Below are positions 27,461-37,632 of a DNA stretch of 64,000 nt, one piece after another (positions within the stretch are counted from its first letter, which is position 1; every line of letters starts with the position of its first letter). The translations under genes were made by a program, and so were the position numbers. Location of the stretch: positions 2,208,001 through 2,272,000 of the forward strand of contig CBDFJF010000001.1 in NCBI GenBank assembly GCA_965248265.1. The letters are read 5' to 3'. This DNA is from Candidatus Latescibacterota bacterium. GTDB lineage: Bacteria; Latescibacterota; UBA2968; UBA8231. A model generated the notes under the pieces. It ran no database searches. It was not told where the DNA came from and saw only the letters and a list, made by a program, of their open reading frames with translations.

Positions 27461-28648
27461 ATGAACAGCGATGATCATCTCAACGCCTTCTGCACGGATT
27501 CAGACGCCTATCTCCCAGGCGCCGCATCAGGCCCGCTGAGTGGTCTCCGCTTCGCTGCCAAGGACATTTTCGATGTGGCCGGCCACTTAACTGGCGGCGG
27601 CAATCCAGATTGGAAAGCAACCCACGACAGAGCCGAGCACACAGCATGGGCGGTGCAGGTCCTCGTCAATGCCGGCGCGACCATGGTCGGCAAGACCCAC
27701 ACGGACGAGCTCACTCGCGGACTGTTTGGAGAAAACGCCCACTACGGAACGCCGGTCAATCCGCGTGCCCCCGGACGTGTCCCGGGCGGCTCCTCCAGTG
27801 GGTCTGCCGCGGCCGTCGCCGGCGGCCTGGTCGACTTCGCCCTGGGCTCGGACACTGGAGGATCGGTGCGGGTACCGGCCAGCTTTTGCGGACTCTTCGG
27901 CATGCGCCCGACGCACGGACGCATCTCGCTGGATGGTGTGCTGATCAGTGCCCCCGACTACGATACGGTAGGCTGGTTCGCCCGTGATGCCGCCTTGTTT
28001 TCACGCGTTGGAGAAATCCTGCTGCAGACCAGCATCGGTGCCCCATTTCGCCCCGAACGCGTCGTCATCGCCGATGACGCTTTCGAAGCAGTGGACGATG
28101 AGGTCGCAAGCGTGTTGCGGCCGTTGGCCGACACCGTGGCTGGAATGGTCGCGAACCCCACGCACGTACGACTCTCACCGTCGGGAACCGCCGACTGGCC
28201 CTGGCAGCAAGGCGTGCTGGCTGGACGACAGTCACTGGCGTCCGTGCAGGAATGGATAGATCGCGTCAACCCGCGATTCGGATTTGAAGTAGCCCAGCGA
28301 TACACCGGCGCCATGGCTTGGAGCGATGCCGATGTCCACAAAGCAGAAACAGCGCGCCACGCAATTCTCACCCGCATGAGCGAGGTACTCACGGACGGCG
28401 CAGTCCTTTGCCTGCCAACCTGTCCCGCCCCGGCACCTGAAATGGGCCAGAGCCTGGGTGAGCGACGGACTTGCCGAGAGCGCATACTCGCTCTCACCTG
28501 CATCGCCGGCACCACAGGCTCGCCCCAGATCAGCCTGCCCCTGGCCGAGGTCAACGGACTCCCGGTAGGGTTGTCCCTCATCGGTGGCCGCGGCGCGGAC
28601 GAGTTGCTTATTGGATTCGCCGAAGAGATTGCGCAGCAGTTGTTATAG
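27461..28648 (+). CDS. Amidase (amidase-signature family)
   Basis: KD, GKT..DEL, PGGSSSGSA, GSDTGGSVR.PA. Confidence 0.92.
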   Translation: MNSDDHLNAFCTDSDAYLPGAASGPLSGLRFAAKDIFDVAGHLTGGGNPDWKATHDRAEHTAWAVQVLVNAGATMVGKTHTDELTRGLFGENAHYGTPVNPRAPGRVPGGSSSGSAAAVAGGLVDFALGSDTGGSVRVPASFCGLFGMRPTHGRISLDGVLISAPDYDTVGWFARDAALFSRVGEILLQTSIGAPFRPERVVIADDAFEAVDDEVASVLRPLADTVAGMVANPTHVRLSPSGTADWPWQQGVLAGRQSLASVQEWIDRVNPRFGFEVAQRYTGAMAWSDADVHKAETARHAILTRMSEVLTDGAVLCLPTCPAPAPEMGQSLGERRTCRERILALTCIAGTTGSPQISLPLAEVNGLPVGLSLIGGRGADELLIGFAEEIAQQLL

Positions 28649-28675
28649 CTACTGCAATTTCGTCAACCTAACCAG

Positions 28676-29515
28676 TTAGTTTTCGCAAAACTCACTGAGG
28701 GAATCTCCACAGGCCGTCCGTATTTTCTCCAGCGCTGTGTTGCGAATCTGTCTGGTTCTTTCCCTGGTCACCCCGAGGAGGACACCGATCTTCTCCAGAT
28801 TCATTGGCCTGTCACCTTCGAGCCCGTAATGGAGCCGAAGGATGCGGGCTTCGCGTTCATCGAGCGTTCGCAGAGAGCCGTGAACCTCATCCATCATGGC
28901 CTTTCGATCGTAGTCGGCGTCCACGTCATCCGTGGACGCGAGCATGGAGACCCAGCTGACGTCGCTGCTGCGTTCATCCACAGGGGCATCCAAGGAGACC
29001 TCCGGCCGGGACGCGCCAAGTGCATGCGCGGCCCTGTCCGGAGTGAAACCCAGCTCTTCAGACACAGACTCAAACGTCGAGCCTTGCGTAGGCAGTTCCG
29101 CCTGTTCGTCAGCTTTGTTGCGGATCTTCTTGAAATCCTCCCATTGCTTCGCCGAAAAACCAGTTACACGTCGCCGTCGCCGCAAGGCGTTGTGGATCGC
29201 CTGCCTGATCCACCAAACGGCGTAGGTGATGAACTTGTATCCTCGATTTTCGTCGAAACGTTCGGCCGCCTTGAACAGCCCTTCGTTGCCCTCCGACACC
29301 AATTCAGGGAGAGAAAGACCGCGACCCACGTATTTTCTGGCCACGGACACGACGAATTTCAGATTCGCTTGAATCAGTTCATTGCGCGCCTCATTGTCGC
29401 CACTGCGGATCCGAGCCGCCAGTTCAGCCTCACGTCTCTTGGTAAGCGGCTCATACTTTTCGATGCTGTTCCGATAAGAATGTAGTAGAGTGTGCTCCAA
29501 TATCGCGCCGCTCAT
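28676..29515 (-). CDS. Alternative sigma-70 factor (RpoD/SigA-like, lacking region 1.1)
   Basis: NLKFVVSVA, EGN.GL.KA.ERFD..RGYKF.TYAVWWIRQ, region-4 TRER.RQI. Confidence 0.92.
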   Translation of the reverse strand: MSGAILEHTLLHSYRNSIEKYEPLTKRREAELAARIRSGDNEARNELIQANLKFVVSVARKYVGRGLSLPELVSEGNEGLFKAAERFDENRGYKFITYAVWWIRQAIHNALRRRRRVTGFSAKQWEDFKKIRNKADEQAELPTQGSTFESVSEELGFTPDRAAHALGASRPEVSLDAPVDERSSDVSWVSMLASTDDVDADYDRKAMMDEVHGSLRTLDEREARILRLHYGLEGDRPMNLEKIGVLLGVTRERTRQIRNTALEKIRTACGDSLSEFCEN

Positions 29516-29603
29516 TCTCCGTCTCCTTTAAAGCGCATGTTGGAATAGTCAGGACTGCGACCATCTATTTTCGATTGCCCCTACGAGTTATGTCGCTGAA
29601 ATT

Positions 29604-29619
29604 CGCAATTGCCGTGCCA
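29604..29619 (-). promoter_or_regulatory. Sigma-54 (-24/-12) promoter of the sigma-70 gene
   Basis: Minus strand TGGCAC-GGCAA-TTGCG about 90 nt upstream of the ATG. Confidence 0.7.
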
Positions 29620-29925
29620 CTTTCTCATGATGATCCTTTACTTATTGTTTATACCACGCTTACGGGATTCACGATGAGCTACAGTGCACTCGGCCGCAGT
29701 CTTATACAGCCAATAGTGACACCCTTTACCCAGTTCGACTGCCAATATGGCACAGCAAGCGACGTGCGGGAGGATCACAGACCTCGGGCCCGTTTTTGAC
29801 ACCGACTTGTAGCGCCGCTCAGGACTCCCAGCTCAAAGCTTGCGGCGTGTATCGAACACAGTACATTGACGGCGTGTAAGTGCGAAGATCGCACTCCCCC
29901 TCTCCCCTCAAGCGGATTCAAGGCA

Positions 29926-30297
29926 TTGGAAATCGTCGCAACCATAGGCGCGTTGGTCATGATCGTCGCGGTCGTAGTCGCGAAGGTGGCCACCCACGGA
30001 ATCGTCGAGCGTATGAAACGTGGCATTGCCAATGTCGACTCGGAGAAGAGCAGGATTCTGAACGAACTCAAGGTCGCCCGTTCCAAGAAGAACATCGGCG
30101 CCGCCAACCAAAAGAAGCTTGAATTGAAGAAGACGAAGGTCCAGGGCAAGATCAGCCGCCTGAAGCAGGAGCTTCAATCAAAAAAGGGAGAAGCCGAACA
30201 GCGCCAGCAGGTTCGCGACGCCGCCCGCGGCAAGCTGATCCGGCCCACGCGCGCAGGTCCCATTGAAGAAGCGGGAGCCGTCGAAGAAGGGGAATAG
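29926..30297 (+). CDS. Hypothetical single-TM coiled-coil protein
   Basis: Hydrophobic N-terminal helix, then K/E-rich heptads; start uncertain. Confidence 0.55.
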   Translation: MEIVATIGALVMIVAVVVAKVATHGIVERMKRGIANVDSEKSRILNELKVARSKKNIGAANQKKLELKKTKVQGKISRLKQELQSKKGEAEQRQQVRDAARGKLIRPTRAGPIEEAGAVEEGE

Positions 30298-30486
30298 AGC
30301 GACCTCGACACGGTAGCTTCGCGGACTTGCGCAACAGCGCCGCATGTTGACGCTCCTGCTCCTCTCCCACTGGAGCAGTGTCAGATTCGCATTCAGACGT
30401 GCCGACCTCGCACCGTTTATGCCCCAGCTGAGCCATACTGGCAGCCGGCGGCGGAATTCCATTGCCGCCAGTCAGAGAATCCGCGT

Positions 30487-30502
30487 TGGCACAGCCTTTG
30501 CA
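30487..30502 (+). promoter_or_regulatory. Sigma-54 (-24/-12) promoter of hsp20
   Basis: TGGCAC-AGCCT-TTGCA, consensus match about 50 nt upstream of the start. Confidence 0.75.
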
Positions 30503-30550
30503 ATGTCACTGAGCGATTGCTAAAAACTCGTCAACCATCATCAAGGAGAA

Positions 30551-30994
30551 ATGACAATGGCACTCGTTCGATGGCAACCCAGCAGATCCTTCGGTTTCGG
30601 CCGCGAGGTCGACCGGCTCTTCGACCACTTTTGGGGTGGCGTCCCGACCGGCGACGGCACGGAGCCAACCTGGTCTCCGTCCGTCGATGTTGCGGAAGGT
30701 GATGACTCCATCGTCGTCACCGCCGAACTACCCGGAGTAAAATCAGAGGACGTAAAAGTAACAGTCGAGGACAACGTCCTGACGATTGAAGGCGAAAAGA
30801 AGAAGGAGAGTGAGTCCGGAGAGGGAAGGACTCACAGAGTGGAGCGCTCCTACGGACGGTTCGTGCGCTCCTTCAGGCTACCCGCGGTGGACGCGGACAG
30901 TATCTCGGCTTCCTACAGCGAGGGCATCCTGAAGGTCTCGCTACCCAAACCTGAGACTGCCAAGCCGAAGCAGATCAGCGTCAGCGTGAACTAA
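30551..30994 (+). CDS. Hsp20/alpha-crystallin small heat-shock protein
   Basis: P.VD..E, AELPG, ER.YG.F.RSF.LP, A.Y..G.L...LPK, C-terminal IxV; AAGGAG RBS. Confidence 0.95.
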   Translation: MTMALVRWQPSRSFGFGREVDRLFDHFWGGVPTGDGTEPTWSPSVDVAEGDDSIVVTAELPGVKSEDVKVTVEDNVLTIEGEKKKESESGEGRTHRVERSYGRFVRSFRLPAVDADSISASYSEGILKVSLPKPETAKPKQISVSVN

Positions 30995-31040
30995 ACTCAG
31001 GGCCACGGATTCCACTACCCCGGTTCTGACAAATGAGAAA

Positions 31041-31077
31041 AAAGGGGCTGAGCGTCCAACGGACGCTTGGCCCTTTC
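31041..31077. terminator. Bidirectional terminator between convergent genes
   Basis: AAAGGGGCTGAGCGTCC / GGACGCTTGGCCCTTT stem with A/T flanks. Confidence 0.65.
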
Positions 31078-31087
31078 GTTTGCGCTA

Positions 31088-31909
31088 CTAGCCTTGGCCC
31101 TCGCGCATGAGGACCTCTTCAGCGCTGTCCCTTGGGATATACCCCAGCGCAAGCCGCGCATGTTCCAGATCGACCCAACGCCAACGGTTATTGGATACTC
31201 CGTAGAAAATATCAAACCGCATGTCCGCGGGCGCTTCGATCGAACGCTCGATGAGTTGTACCACGTCCCTTTGACTGCACCAGACAGCCCCGCTTTCCGG
31301 CTTTTGGGGAGTGTCTTCGGCGTTGACCCATCCAATGCGCAGGCAGATGACGGACATGCCATGCACATCCGATGCGTAGCGAGCCAGTGCCTCACCCCAG
31401 ATTTTCGTGGCCGGATAAAGACCCGTTGGCCGGTGCGGCCACTCATGGGTCACGGTGTGAATCTCCTCCCCTTTCAGCTCCTCGAAACGCCCCTCTGACA
31501 GGGCCTTGTATGGCTCATCGAGTTGGTATCCCCACGAAACCATGATCGAACTCGCGTACACGACCCGCGGCACGCCCGCTCTCACGGACGCCTCGAAGAC
31601 GTTGCGGACGCCGATGATGTTGCTGTTCAGTAAGCTCTCCCAGGACGCTTCGGGCCTCGGGTCGGCTGCCATCTGAACGACGACATCCATTCCCTGCACG
31701 GCTTTCTCGACGGCCGCGAGATCTGACAGGTCAGCCAGCACCAGACGCTCAGAAGGGATATCCAACTGCAATGCCTGTGGCGCACGCTCCGACGGAACCT
31801 GCCTTCTGGCAAGGGCGTACACCTCGTACTCACTCCGAGCCCCAAGCTCGCGGTAGGCGGCACCCCCGATCAGTCCATAGACACCCGTAACCAGAACCTT
31901 CTTGGCCAT
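31088..31909 (-). CDS. NAD(P)-dependent epimerase/dehydrogenase (uronate dehydrogenase-like)
   Basis: VLVTG.YG.IG, YASS, YxxxK (YPATK), CLRIG. Confidence 0.82.
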   Translation of the reverse strand: MAKKVLVTGVYGLIGGAAYRELGARSEYEVYALARRQVPSERAPQALQLDIPSERLVLADLSDLAAVEKAVQGMDVVVQMAADPRPEASWESLLNSNIIGVRNVFEASVRAGVPRVVYASSIMVSWGYQLDEPYKALSEGRFEELKGEEIHTVTHEWPHRPTGLYPATKIWGEALARYASDVHGMSVICLRIGWVNAEDTPQKPESGAVWCSQRDVVQLIERSIEAPADMRFDIFYGVSNNRWRWVDLEHARLALGYIPRDSAEEVLMREGQG

Positions 31910-31970
31910 CACGTTCCTTCCATGCTCACCGCTGTGTGCTGGAACCATCGGCGGATGCGGCTCACAAAGC

Positions 31971-32556
31971 TCATCCGTCTCCAGTCGATATTCCCCCATC
32001 CTCGTCAACGAGATTCGCGTCAGCGAGATCCTCGTCAGCGACACCAATATAGCGAAGCGATCGACCGCATTGGTCAGCATCGAGTCCATAGCCCACGACG
32101 AAAACGTCCTCGATTTCAAAACCGGTGTAATCGACCCCGATCGCGTGCCGCCGCCGGGACGGCTTGTCCAGCAGCACGCAGGTCTTGACGGACTGTGGTG
32201 ATTGATCCTCCAGGTGTCGCAGCACTCGCTGCAGGGTCAAACCCGTATCCACGATTCCGTCCACTACCAGCACGTGTCGCCCACGAAGCTCCACCGCCGT
32301 TTCCAGTGTTATATCCACCTGCCCCGTCGATTCGTGGCCATCATTCATAGCTTGCTGCCCCGATGAAGTCGTAGTCAACGCGATCCGAGACGGCTTCCGG
32401 AAGGGCCGTCATCAGATCCATCATGAATCTGGCAGCCCCGGTGAGTATCCCCACCATGACCAGGGATCTCTCGGCGTAATCTGCGGCGATCTGCGTCGCG
32501 AGTTCCTGGACTCGATGCTGAATGGCAGCCGATTCAATCATCGATGTCACGTTCAT
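31971..32556 (-). pseudogene. hpt: Hypoxanthine phosphoribosyltransferase, frameshifted
   Basis: N-half (GIL.GA..F..DL, SY) and C-half (VL.VD.IVDTGLTL, LLDK, FVVGYGLD) lie in different frames; ATGA duplicated at 32341-32348. Confidence 0.85.
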
Positions 32557-32782
32557 GCCTCACCACCAACCCTTAGTTCGAGCCGAGCTGTTTTACCAGT
32601 CAACGTCTCGGGCCGCGCGGAAACTCGATCTGTCTAGGAGGTATAATCTAACGAGGAGGACTGCTGGCGGGAAAAAAAAGAGGCCACCTCGATACGGTGT
32701 TGGAGATCCGCCTGACACCGACCGAGGCAGCCCTTGACGTCCCCCTGGAGCAGGAAGGACTGGGAGGAATCTTGAGGAGGTA

Positions 32783-34003
32783 TTAGGCCGCGGCCTTTCC
32801 CTTTTTATCCGTCGTTGCCTTGCTGGAAGCGATCGTGGTGGGTTTTGCGCTGGTCTCTGATTCAGCCTTTACGGACTCCCCCTGCTTCTTTGAATCAGAG
32901 CCGGCATCAGCATCCGCAGCCTGCCCTTTCAGGGGAATGTCCAGGGCTTTGCGTATTTCACTCTCGATGCGTTTTGCCGTATCCTGATTCTCCTTCAGAT
33001 AGATTCGCGCGTTCTCTCGGCCCTGCCCGATGCGCTCGTCGCCATAGGAGAACCAGGTGCCGCTTTTCTCGATGACTCTGTTGTTTACTCCCAGATCGAG
33101 AAGATCGCCCTCCTTTGAAATGCCGACATCGTCCCCTCTGAACAGAACGTCGAACTCAGCCTCTTTGAAGGGTGGAGCGACCTTGTTCTTGACCACCTTC
33201 ACCCTGGTTCGGCGACCGATCACTTCGTCTCCATCCTTGATGTTGCCGATGCTGCGAATATCCATTCTCACCGAGGCATAAAAGCACAACGCCCTGCCAC
33301 CCGTAGTCGTCTCGGGATTGCCGAACATGACTCCGATCTTCATACGCAACTGGTTGATGAAAATGACCGTGGTGCGAGACTTCTGGATAGACCCGGTCAA
33401 TTTGCGCATGGCCTGTGACATGAGACGGGCCTGAAGGCCCATTTGCGCGTCTCCCATTTCGCCCTCCAGCTCCGCTCGCGGAACCAGGGCAGCCACGGAG
33501 TCGACGACGATGATGTCGAGTGCCGCACTGCGCACCAGCGTGTCGGTGATCTCCAGCGCTTCCTCCCCGCAGTCAGGTTGGGCCACAAGAAGATTCTCGA
33601 CATCGACCCCCTGCTTGCGGGCGAAGCCGACGTCGAGCGCATGTTCGGCATCGACGAAGGCTGCGATACCCCCGTTTTTCTGAGCCTGGGCAACCATGTT
33701 CAGAGCGCACATCGTCTTGCCTGCTGATTCCGGCCCGAACATCTCGATGATCCGGCCACGCGGCACGCCGCCGATGCCCAACGCGATATCCATCGACAGG
33801 CAGCCCGTTGAGATGGCATCGATCTCGACTACATGAGACTCGCCGAGACGCATGATCGCGCCTTTGCCAAACTGCTTTTCTACTTGAGATAGGGCCTGAT
33901 CGACCGCTTTCTCTCTGTCTTCTTTACTTGAGCCGCCTGAACCGTTTGTGCTTGTGCCGAAATTGGCCTTGACGGTCCGAGAGTCGACTTTCGACGATAC
34001 CAT
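32783..34003 (-). CDS. recA: Recombinase RecA
   Basis: [50 protein letters not shown]; AAGGAG RBS. Confidence 0.98.
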   Translation of the reverse strand: MVSSKVDSRTVKANFGTSTNGSGGSSKEDREKAVDQALSQVEKQFGKGAIMRLGESHVVEIDAISTGCLSMDIALGIGGVPRGRIIEMFGPESAGKTMCALNMVAQAQKNGGIAAFVDAEHALDVGFARKQGVDVENLLVAQPDCGEEALEITDTLVRSAALDIIVVDSVAALVPRAELEGEMGDAQMGLQARLMSQAMRKLTGSIQKSRTTVIFINQLRMKIGVMFGNPETTTGGRALCFYASVRMDIRSIGNIKDGDEVIGRRTRVKVVKNKVAPPFKEAEFDVLFRGDDVGISKEGDLLDLGVNNRVIEKSGTWFSYGDERIGQGRENARIYLKENQDTAKRIESEIRKALDIPLKGQAADADAGSDSKKQGESVKAESETSAKPTTIASSKATTDKKGKAAA

Positions 34004-34144
34004 GTTCTCTCCTTTTTCTTCTCTTTGCCACCTGAGCGAGGGGATCTCCGTATCCCGCCCCCGAAGTTGGCATGTTGACCTCCAGGACGGGATACGGGCA
34101 GCTGGACGGGTCGGGGTGGCCCTCCATATTGTCGCGCTGCTGTA

Positions 34145-34184
34145 ACTGCACAAAAAGATAGTATACGTATGTGCAGTCTGTCAA
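34145..34184 (-). promoter_or_regulatory. recA promoter (TTGACA -35) overlapped by inverted repeat ACTGCACA-N17-TGTGCAGT
   Basis: TTGACA at 34184-34179; AT-rich -10-like region lies between the repeat arms (34145-34152, 34170-34177). Confidence 0.55.
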
Positions 34185-34451
34185 GCATTTTAGAAGCGCG
34201 AAGCCCCTCAGGGTCGTCTGAAGCCCGTCCCCGACACCGTCCCAGGCTGTCCGTCGTATATCCACCAGTAAACAACCTTCGTGCCGGACCGACTCAGGAC
34301 CCCGAAGTAGCTTGTAACTTGCTGTTCAGGAAGGAGGTAATAGAAAAAGCGTACGGTGCCGCCCAGAGTCTTCCAGGCGACTTCATGTGATAGTACGGCG
34401 CCAGCGATGTGTCTTCAGGGAAACAGCCCATACTCATGCAGATACACGATC

Positions 34452-35339
34452 TCACCGCCTGCGGCAGCAAACCACCCGCTCGGTACCGGATAAATCACAC
34501 CGAGCCTCTATTTGATCGTAGGCATCCGACTCTTCCAGTAATTCTATGACGGCCGGGGACTGGCCGTCACCAACCTCGAGTACCATCGCGCCACCTTGAA
34601 CCAGCAGATCCGCGGCCGCGTCTGCTATCCGGCGATAGAACTCGAGTCCGTCAGCGCCACCATCCAGTGCACGGTGGGGTTCGAAGTCACGCACCTCAGG
34701 TTGCAGTGCCTGAATCTCGGCTGTGGCTATGTAGGGCGGATTCGAGATAATGGCATCCAGCTGGGCTGACCCGCCGGCAAACGACTCCAGCAGATCGCCG
34801 CAGACCAGGGCTATCCTGTCCGTGACTCCATGCCGTTGCGCATTCTCGGAGGTGATGCTGAGCGCCACTCGATCGATGTCACTGGCAATAGCCCGGACCG
34901 TGGCTCGCTCGCTGCACATGGCGATGGCGATCGCCCCCGAGCCGCAGCCGAGATCCAGAATCCGCTCCCCGTCCTGAGCGGCCAGCAGCTGCAGCGCCAC
35001 CTCAACGACGATCTCGGTTTCAGGTCGTGGAATCAGTACCCCGCTACCGACTGACAGCTCAAGATTTCTGAACGCAGCCGTGCCGGTCACGTACTGAATC
35101 GGACTGCCCTTCAAGCGCTCGCGCACAAACCCGCGAAAGACTTCCACTTCCTGGCGTGTCAGGGTCTTCTCAAACTGCAGGTAAAGTTCGAGTCTGTTCA
35201 GGTCGAGTGCTGCTGCCAGCAACAGTTCCGATTGCAGGCGGGCAGCTTCCATTTCTTTGGATGCAAAAAAACTGCTCGCCTCATTCAGGAGATCGAGCAG
35301 TTTCCAGCTGCGGTCGCGGGTATCCGGCGTTCGGTCCAA
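34452..35339 (-). CDS. prmC: Release factor glutamine methyltransferase
   Basis: VLIPRPETE, LDLG.GSG.I, SNPPY; follows prfA; TTG start inferred. Confidence 0.93.
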   Translation of the reverse strand: MDRTPDTRDRSWKLLDLLNEASSFFASKEMEAARLQSELLLAAALDLNRLELYLQFEKTLTRQEVEVFRGFVRERLKGSPIQYVTGTAAFRNLELSVGSGVLIPRPETEIVVEVALQLLAAQDGERILDLGCGSGAIAIAMCSERATVRAIASDIDRVALSITSENAQRHGVTDRIALVCGDLLESFAGGSAQLDAIISNPPYIATAEIQALQPEVRDFEPHRALDGGADGLEFYRRIADAAADLLVQGGAMVLEVGDGQSPAVIELLEESDAYDQIEARCDLSGTERVVCCRRR

Positions 35340-35403
35340 CGGCGCTCGTCCTAGTGCCCCGTCACGGGAGTAGGCTTGTACAATGAGGGCGCCTGGTCGA
35401 CAC

Positions 35404-36489
35404 TTAGTTGGCCTCGGCCAGCGCGGCATCTTCGGCCACCTGCGTCAGCTTGTCGACGAATTCATCGATATCCCCATCCAGCACGTCTTCGAGTCGGTAC
35501 AGGCTGAGGTTCACGCGATGGTCGGTTACTCGTCCCTGCGGATAGTTGTAGGTGCGGATCTTCGCACTGCGGTCGCCGCTGCCGATTTGCTCCCGGCGCT
35601 CCTGCGAAAGTTTGGCATCCTGCTCGGCTCGGTGGGCGTCCAGCAAACGCGCGCGCAGCACCTTCATGGCTTTGTTCTTGTTCTTGAGCTGGGATTTCTC
35701 GTCCTGGCAGGAGACCACGACTCCGGTCGGCTTGTGCGTGATGCGCACGGCCGAGTCCGTGGTGTTGACGCTCTGACCACCCGGCCCGCTGGAGCGATAG
35801 ACATCGATCTGCAGATCCTCGGCGTCGATGTCGATTTCCACGTCTTCGGCCTCCGGCAACACGGCAACCGAAGAAGCTGAAGTATGGATGCGGCCGCTGG
35901 CTTCCGTCTTGGGAACCCGCTGCACCCGGTGGACGCCACTCTCGAACTTCAGACGACCGTAGGCCGAAGCCCCGCTGACCATGAAGATGACTTCCTTGAA
36001 GCCTCCGGACGGATTGGTGCTCGAGGACAACGGCTCCAGCTTCCACTGCTGGCGCTCGACGAAGCGGTTATACATCCGGTAGAGGTCCGCCGCGAACAGA
36101 CCTGCCTCATCGCCACCCGCACCAGCGCGGATTTCGACGATGGCGTTGCGCCGATCGTTCGGATCCTTCGGCAGCAGGGCGACACGAACACGCGACTCCA
36201 GTTGTTCCAAGCCCGCCGTGAGCTGCTCCAGCTCCGTGCGCGCCAGTTCGAGGAACTCCTCGTCATCGACCTGTCCACCACCGTCGGCGGCGGCGATGAT
36301 CTGTTTCGCTTCTTCGATACCGCTCACGTGTTCGCGGTACTGGACTGCCATTTCAACGAGCTCTCGAAGGTCCCCGGATTCGCGTGCCAGCTTCTGATAC
36401 TCCGACGGATTCTTGGCTATATCAGGATCTGCCATCTGCTGGTTGAGGGCTTCGAAACGCTTCTCGATCTCGGCCAGTTTGTCGATCAT
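35404..36489 (-). CDS. prfA: Peptide chain release factor 1
   Basis: GGQ, PKT (PxT) anticodon-mimic, ESGVHRVQRVP. Confidence 0.97.
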   Translation of the reverse strand: MIDKLAEIEKRFEALNQQMADPDIAKNPSEYQKLARESGDLRELVEMAVQYREHVSGIEEAKQIIAAADGGGQVDDEEFLELARTELEQLTAGLEQLESRVRVALLPKDPNDRRNAIVEIRAGAGGDEAGLFAADLYRMYNRFVERQQWKLEPLSSSTNPSGGFKEVIFMVSGASAYGRLKFESGVHRVQRVPKTEASGRIHTSASSVAVLPEAEDVEIDIDAEDLQIDVYRSSGPGGQSVNTTDSAVRITHKPTGVVVSCQDEKSQLKNKNKAMKVLRARLLDAHRAEQDAKLSQERREQIGSGDRSAKIRTYNYPQGRVTDHRVNLSLYRLEDVLDGDIDEFVDKLTQVAEDAALAEAN

Positions 36490-37550
36490 CCTCCCCCACC
36501 TCCACCACCACCGCCGTTTGCCGGCACGGCAGTCATCGACTCCAATCCTCCACCCGTCTCGTCGTACAGCGAGTAGCCTATCGGAGAGGGCTTGCCTAGA
36601 GCGTGCAGCAAAGCGACGAGGGCGACCTGCAACTGATCATCGGATGGTTCCCGCGTCGTGATGCGCTGCAACCACAGCCCCGGAGCGATCAGCAGACGGG
36701 TCAACGGATGGTTTCGTTTGCGCCCGGACAGCTTCAACAGCTCGAAGCTCAAGCCGGAAACCAGGGGCAGGACACTGACATGCGTGGCAAAGCGTTCCAA
36801 CAGGGTCTGCTGGCGCGCGACGAAATCGGCGAACACCGAATCGGCGATCGCGAACAGGAAGATGGACAGCAGGACGACGATGAGCAGGAAGCTGGTGCCA
36901 CAACGGGGGTGCAACCGTCCGAAACTCCGCGCCTCTTCAACCGTCAGATCGACCCCTGCCTCGAAAGTGAATATGCTCTTGTGTTCGGCTCCGTGGTACT
37001 CGAAAACCCTGCGAATTTCACTCCAACGACTGATCAGCCACATGTAACCGATCAGGAGCGTCGCTCGAATGCCGCCGGCGATCAGGTTGAACAGGAAGGC
37101 GTCGCGCTGGGCCCCGGTGGCCTGTGCCGCCAGCAGCGGCAGGAAGAAGAACACGCCGATCCCGACGGCCAGCGAGAAAATGATCGTCGCTGTCAGTATG
37201 ATAGTCGCCTGCCATTTTGGTTGGCTCTGGCGCTCCTCGAGCTCGTCCGATCTACCTTCATTGGCCATGGCCATGTCAGCGGAAAAATTGAGCGACTTCA
37301 AGCCGATCACCAGCATCTCGAAAAAGGCGACGGCGCCACGCAGAACCGGAATGCGAAGACAGTTGAGACGCTCTGCCCACGCCACGTGGTCATCCGACTT
37401 GACGACGATGTCGTCTCCGGAGCGCACGGCAGTGACGATCTTTCCCTGCGCCCGCATCATGACACCCTCGATCACAGCCTGACCGCCAACGGGCAGATCG
37501 TGCGTCAATCGTTCCTCCACCTCTGCGTTGTCTTCCATAGTCCCTTTCAT
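36486..37550 (-). CDS. DUF1385 (YqhQ) membrane protein
   Basis: GGQAVIEGVMM, YHGAEHK, HPRCGTSF, LQ..TT.EP; usual rpmE-DUF1385-prfA context. Confidence 0.92.
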   Translation of the reverse strand: MKGTMEDNAEVEERLTHDLPVGGQAVIEGVMMRAQGKIVTAVRSGDDIVVKSDDHVAWAERLNCLRIPVLRGAVAFFEMLVIGLKSLNFSADMAMANEGRSDELEERQSQPKWQATIILTATIIFSLAVGIGVFFFLPLLAAQATGAQRDAFLFNLIAGGIRATLLIGYMWLISRWSEIRRVFEYHGAEHKSIFTFEAGVDLTVEEARSFGRLHPRCGTSFLLIVVLLSIFLFAIADSVFADFVARQQTLLERFATHVSVLPLVSGLSFELLKLSGRKRNHPLTRLLIAPGLWLQRITTREPSDDQLQVALVALLHALGKPSPIGYSLYDETGGGLESMTAVPANGGGGGGGGG

Positions 37551-37632
37551 TTACAGCCATGCAAGCAAAAAAAAGGTGACGGAACAGGCGGCCAAAAAGG
37601 CCGTGTCCCATCACCTCGATCGTTCGTTGACG

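Noticed and set aside
29748-29763. Third sigma-54 promoter (TGGCACAGCAAGCGA)
   Set aside because: Lacks TTGC at the required -12 spacing.
36486-36515. Functional poly-Gly tail on DUF1385
   Set aside because: Largely explained by the overlapping G-rich RBS of prfA.
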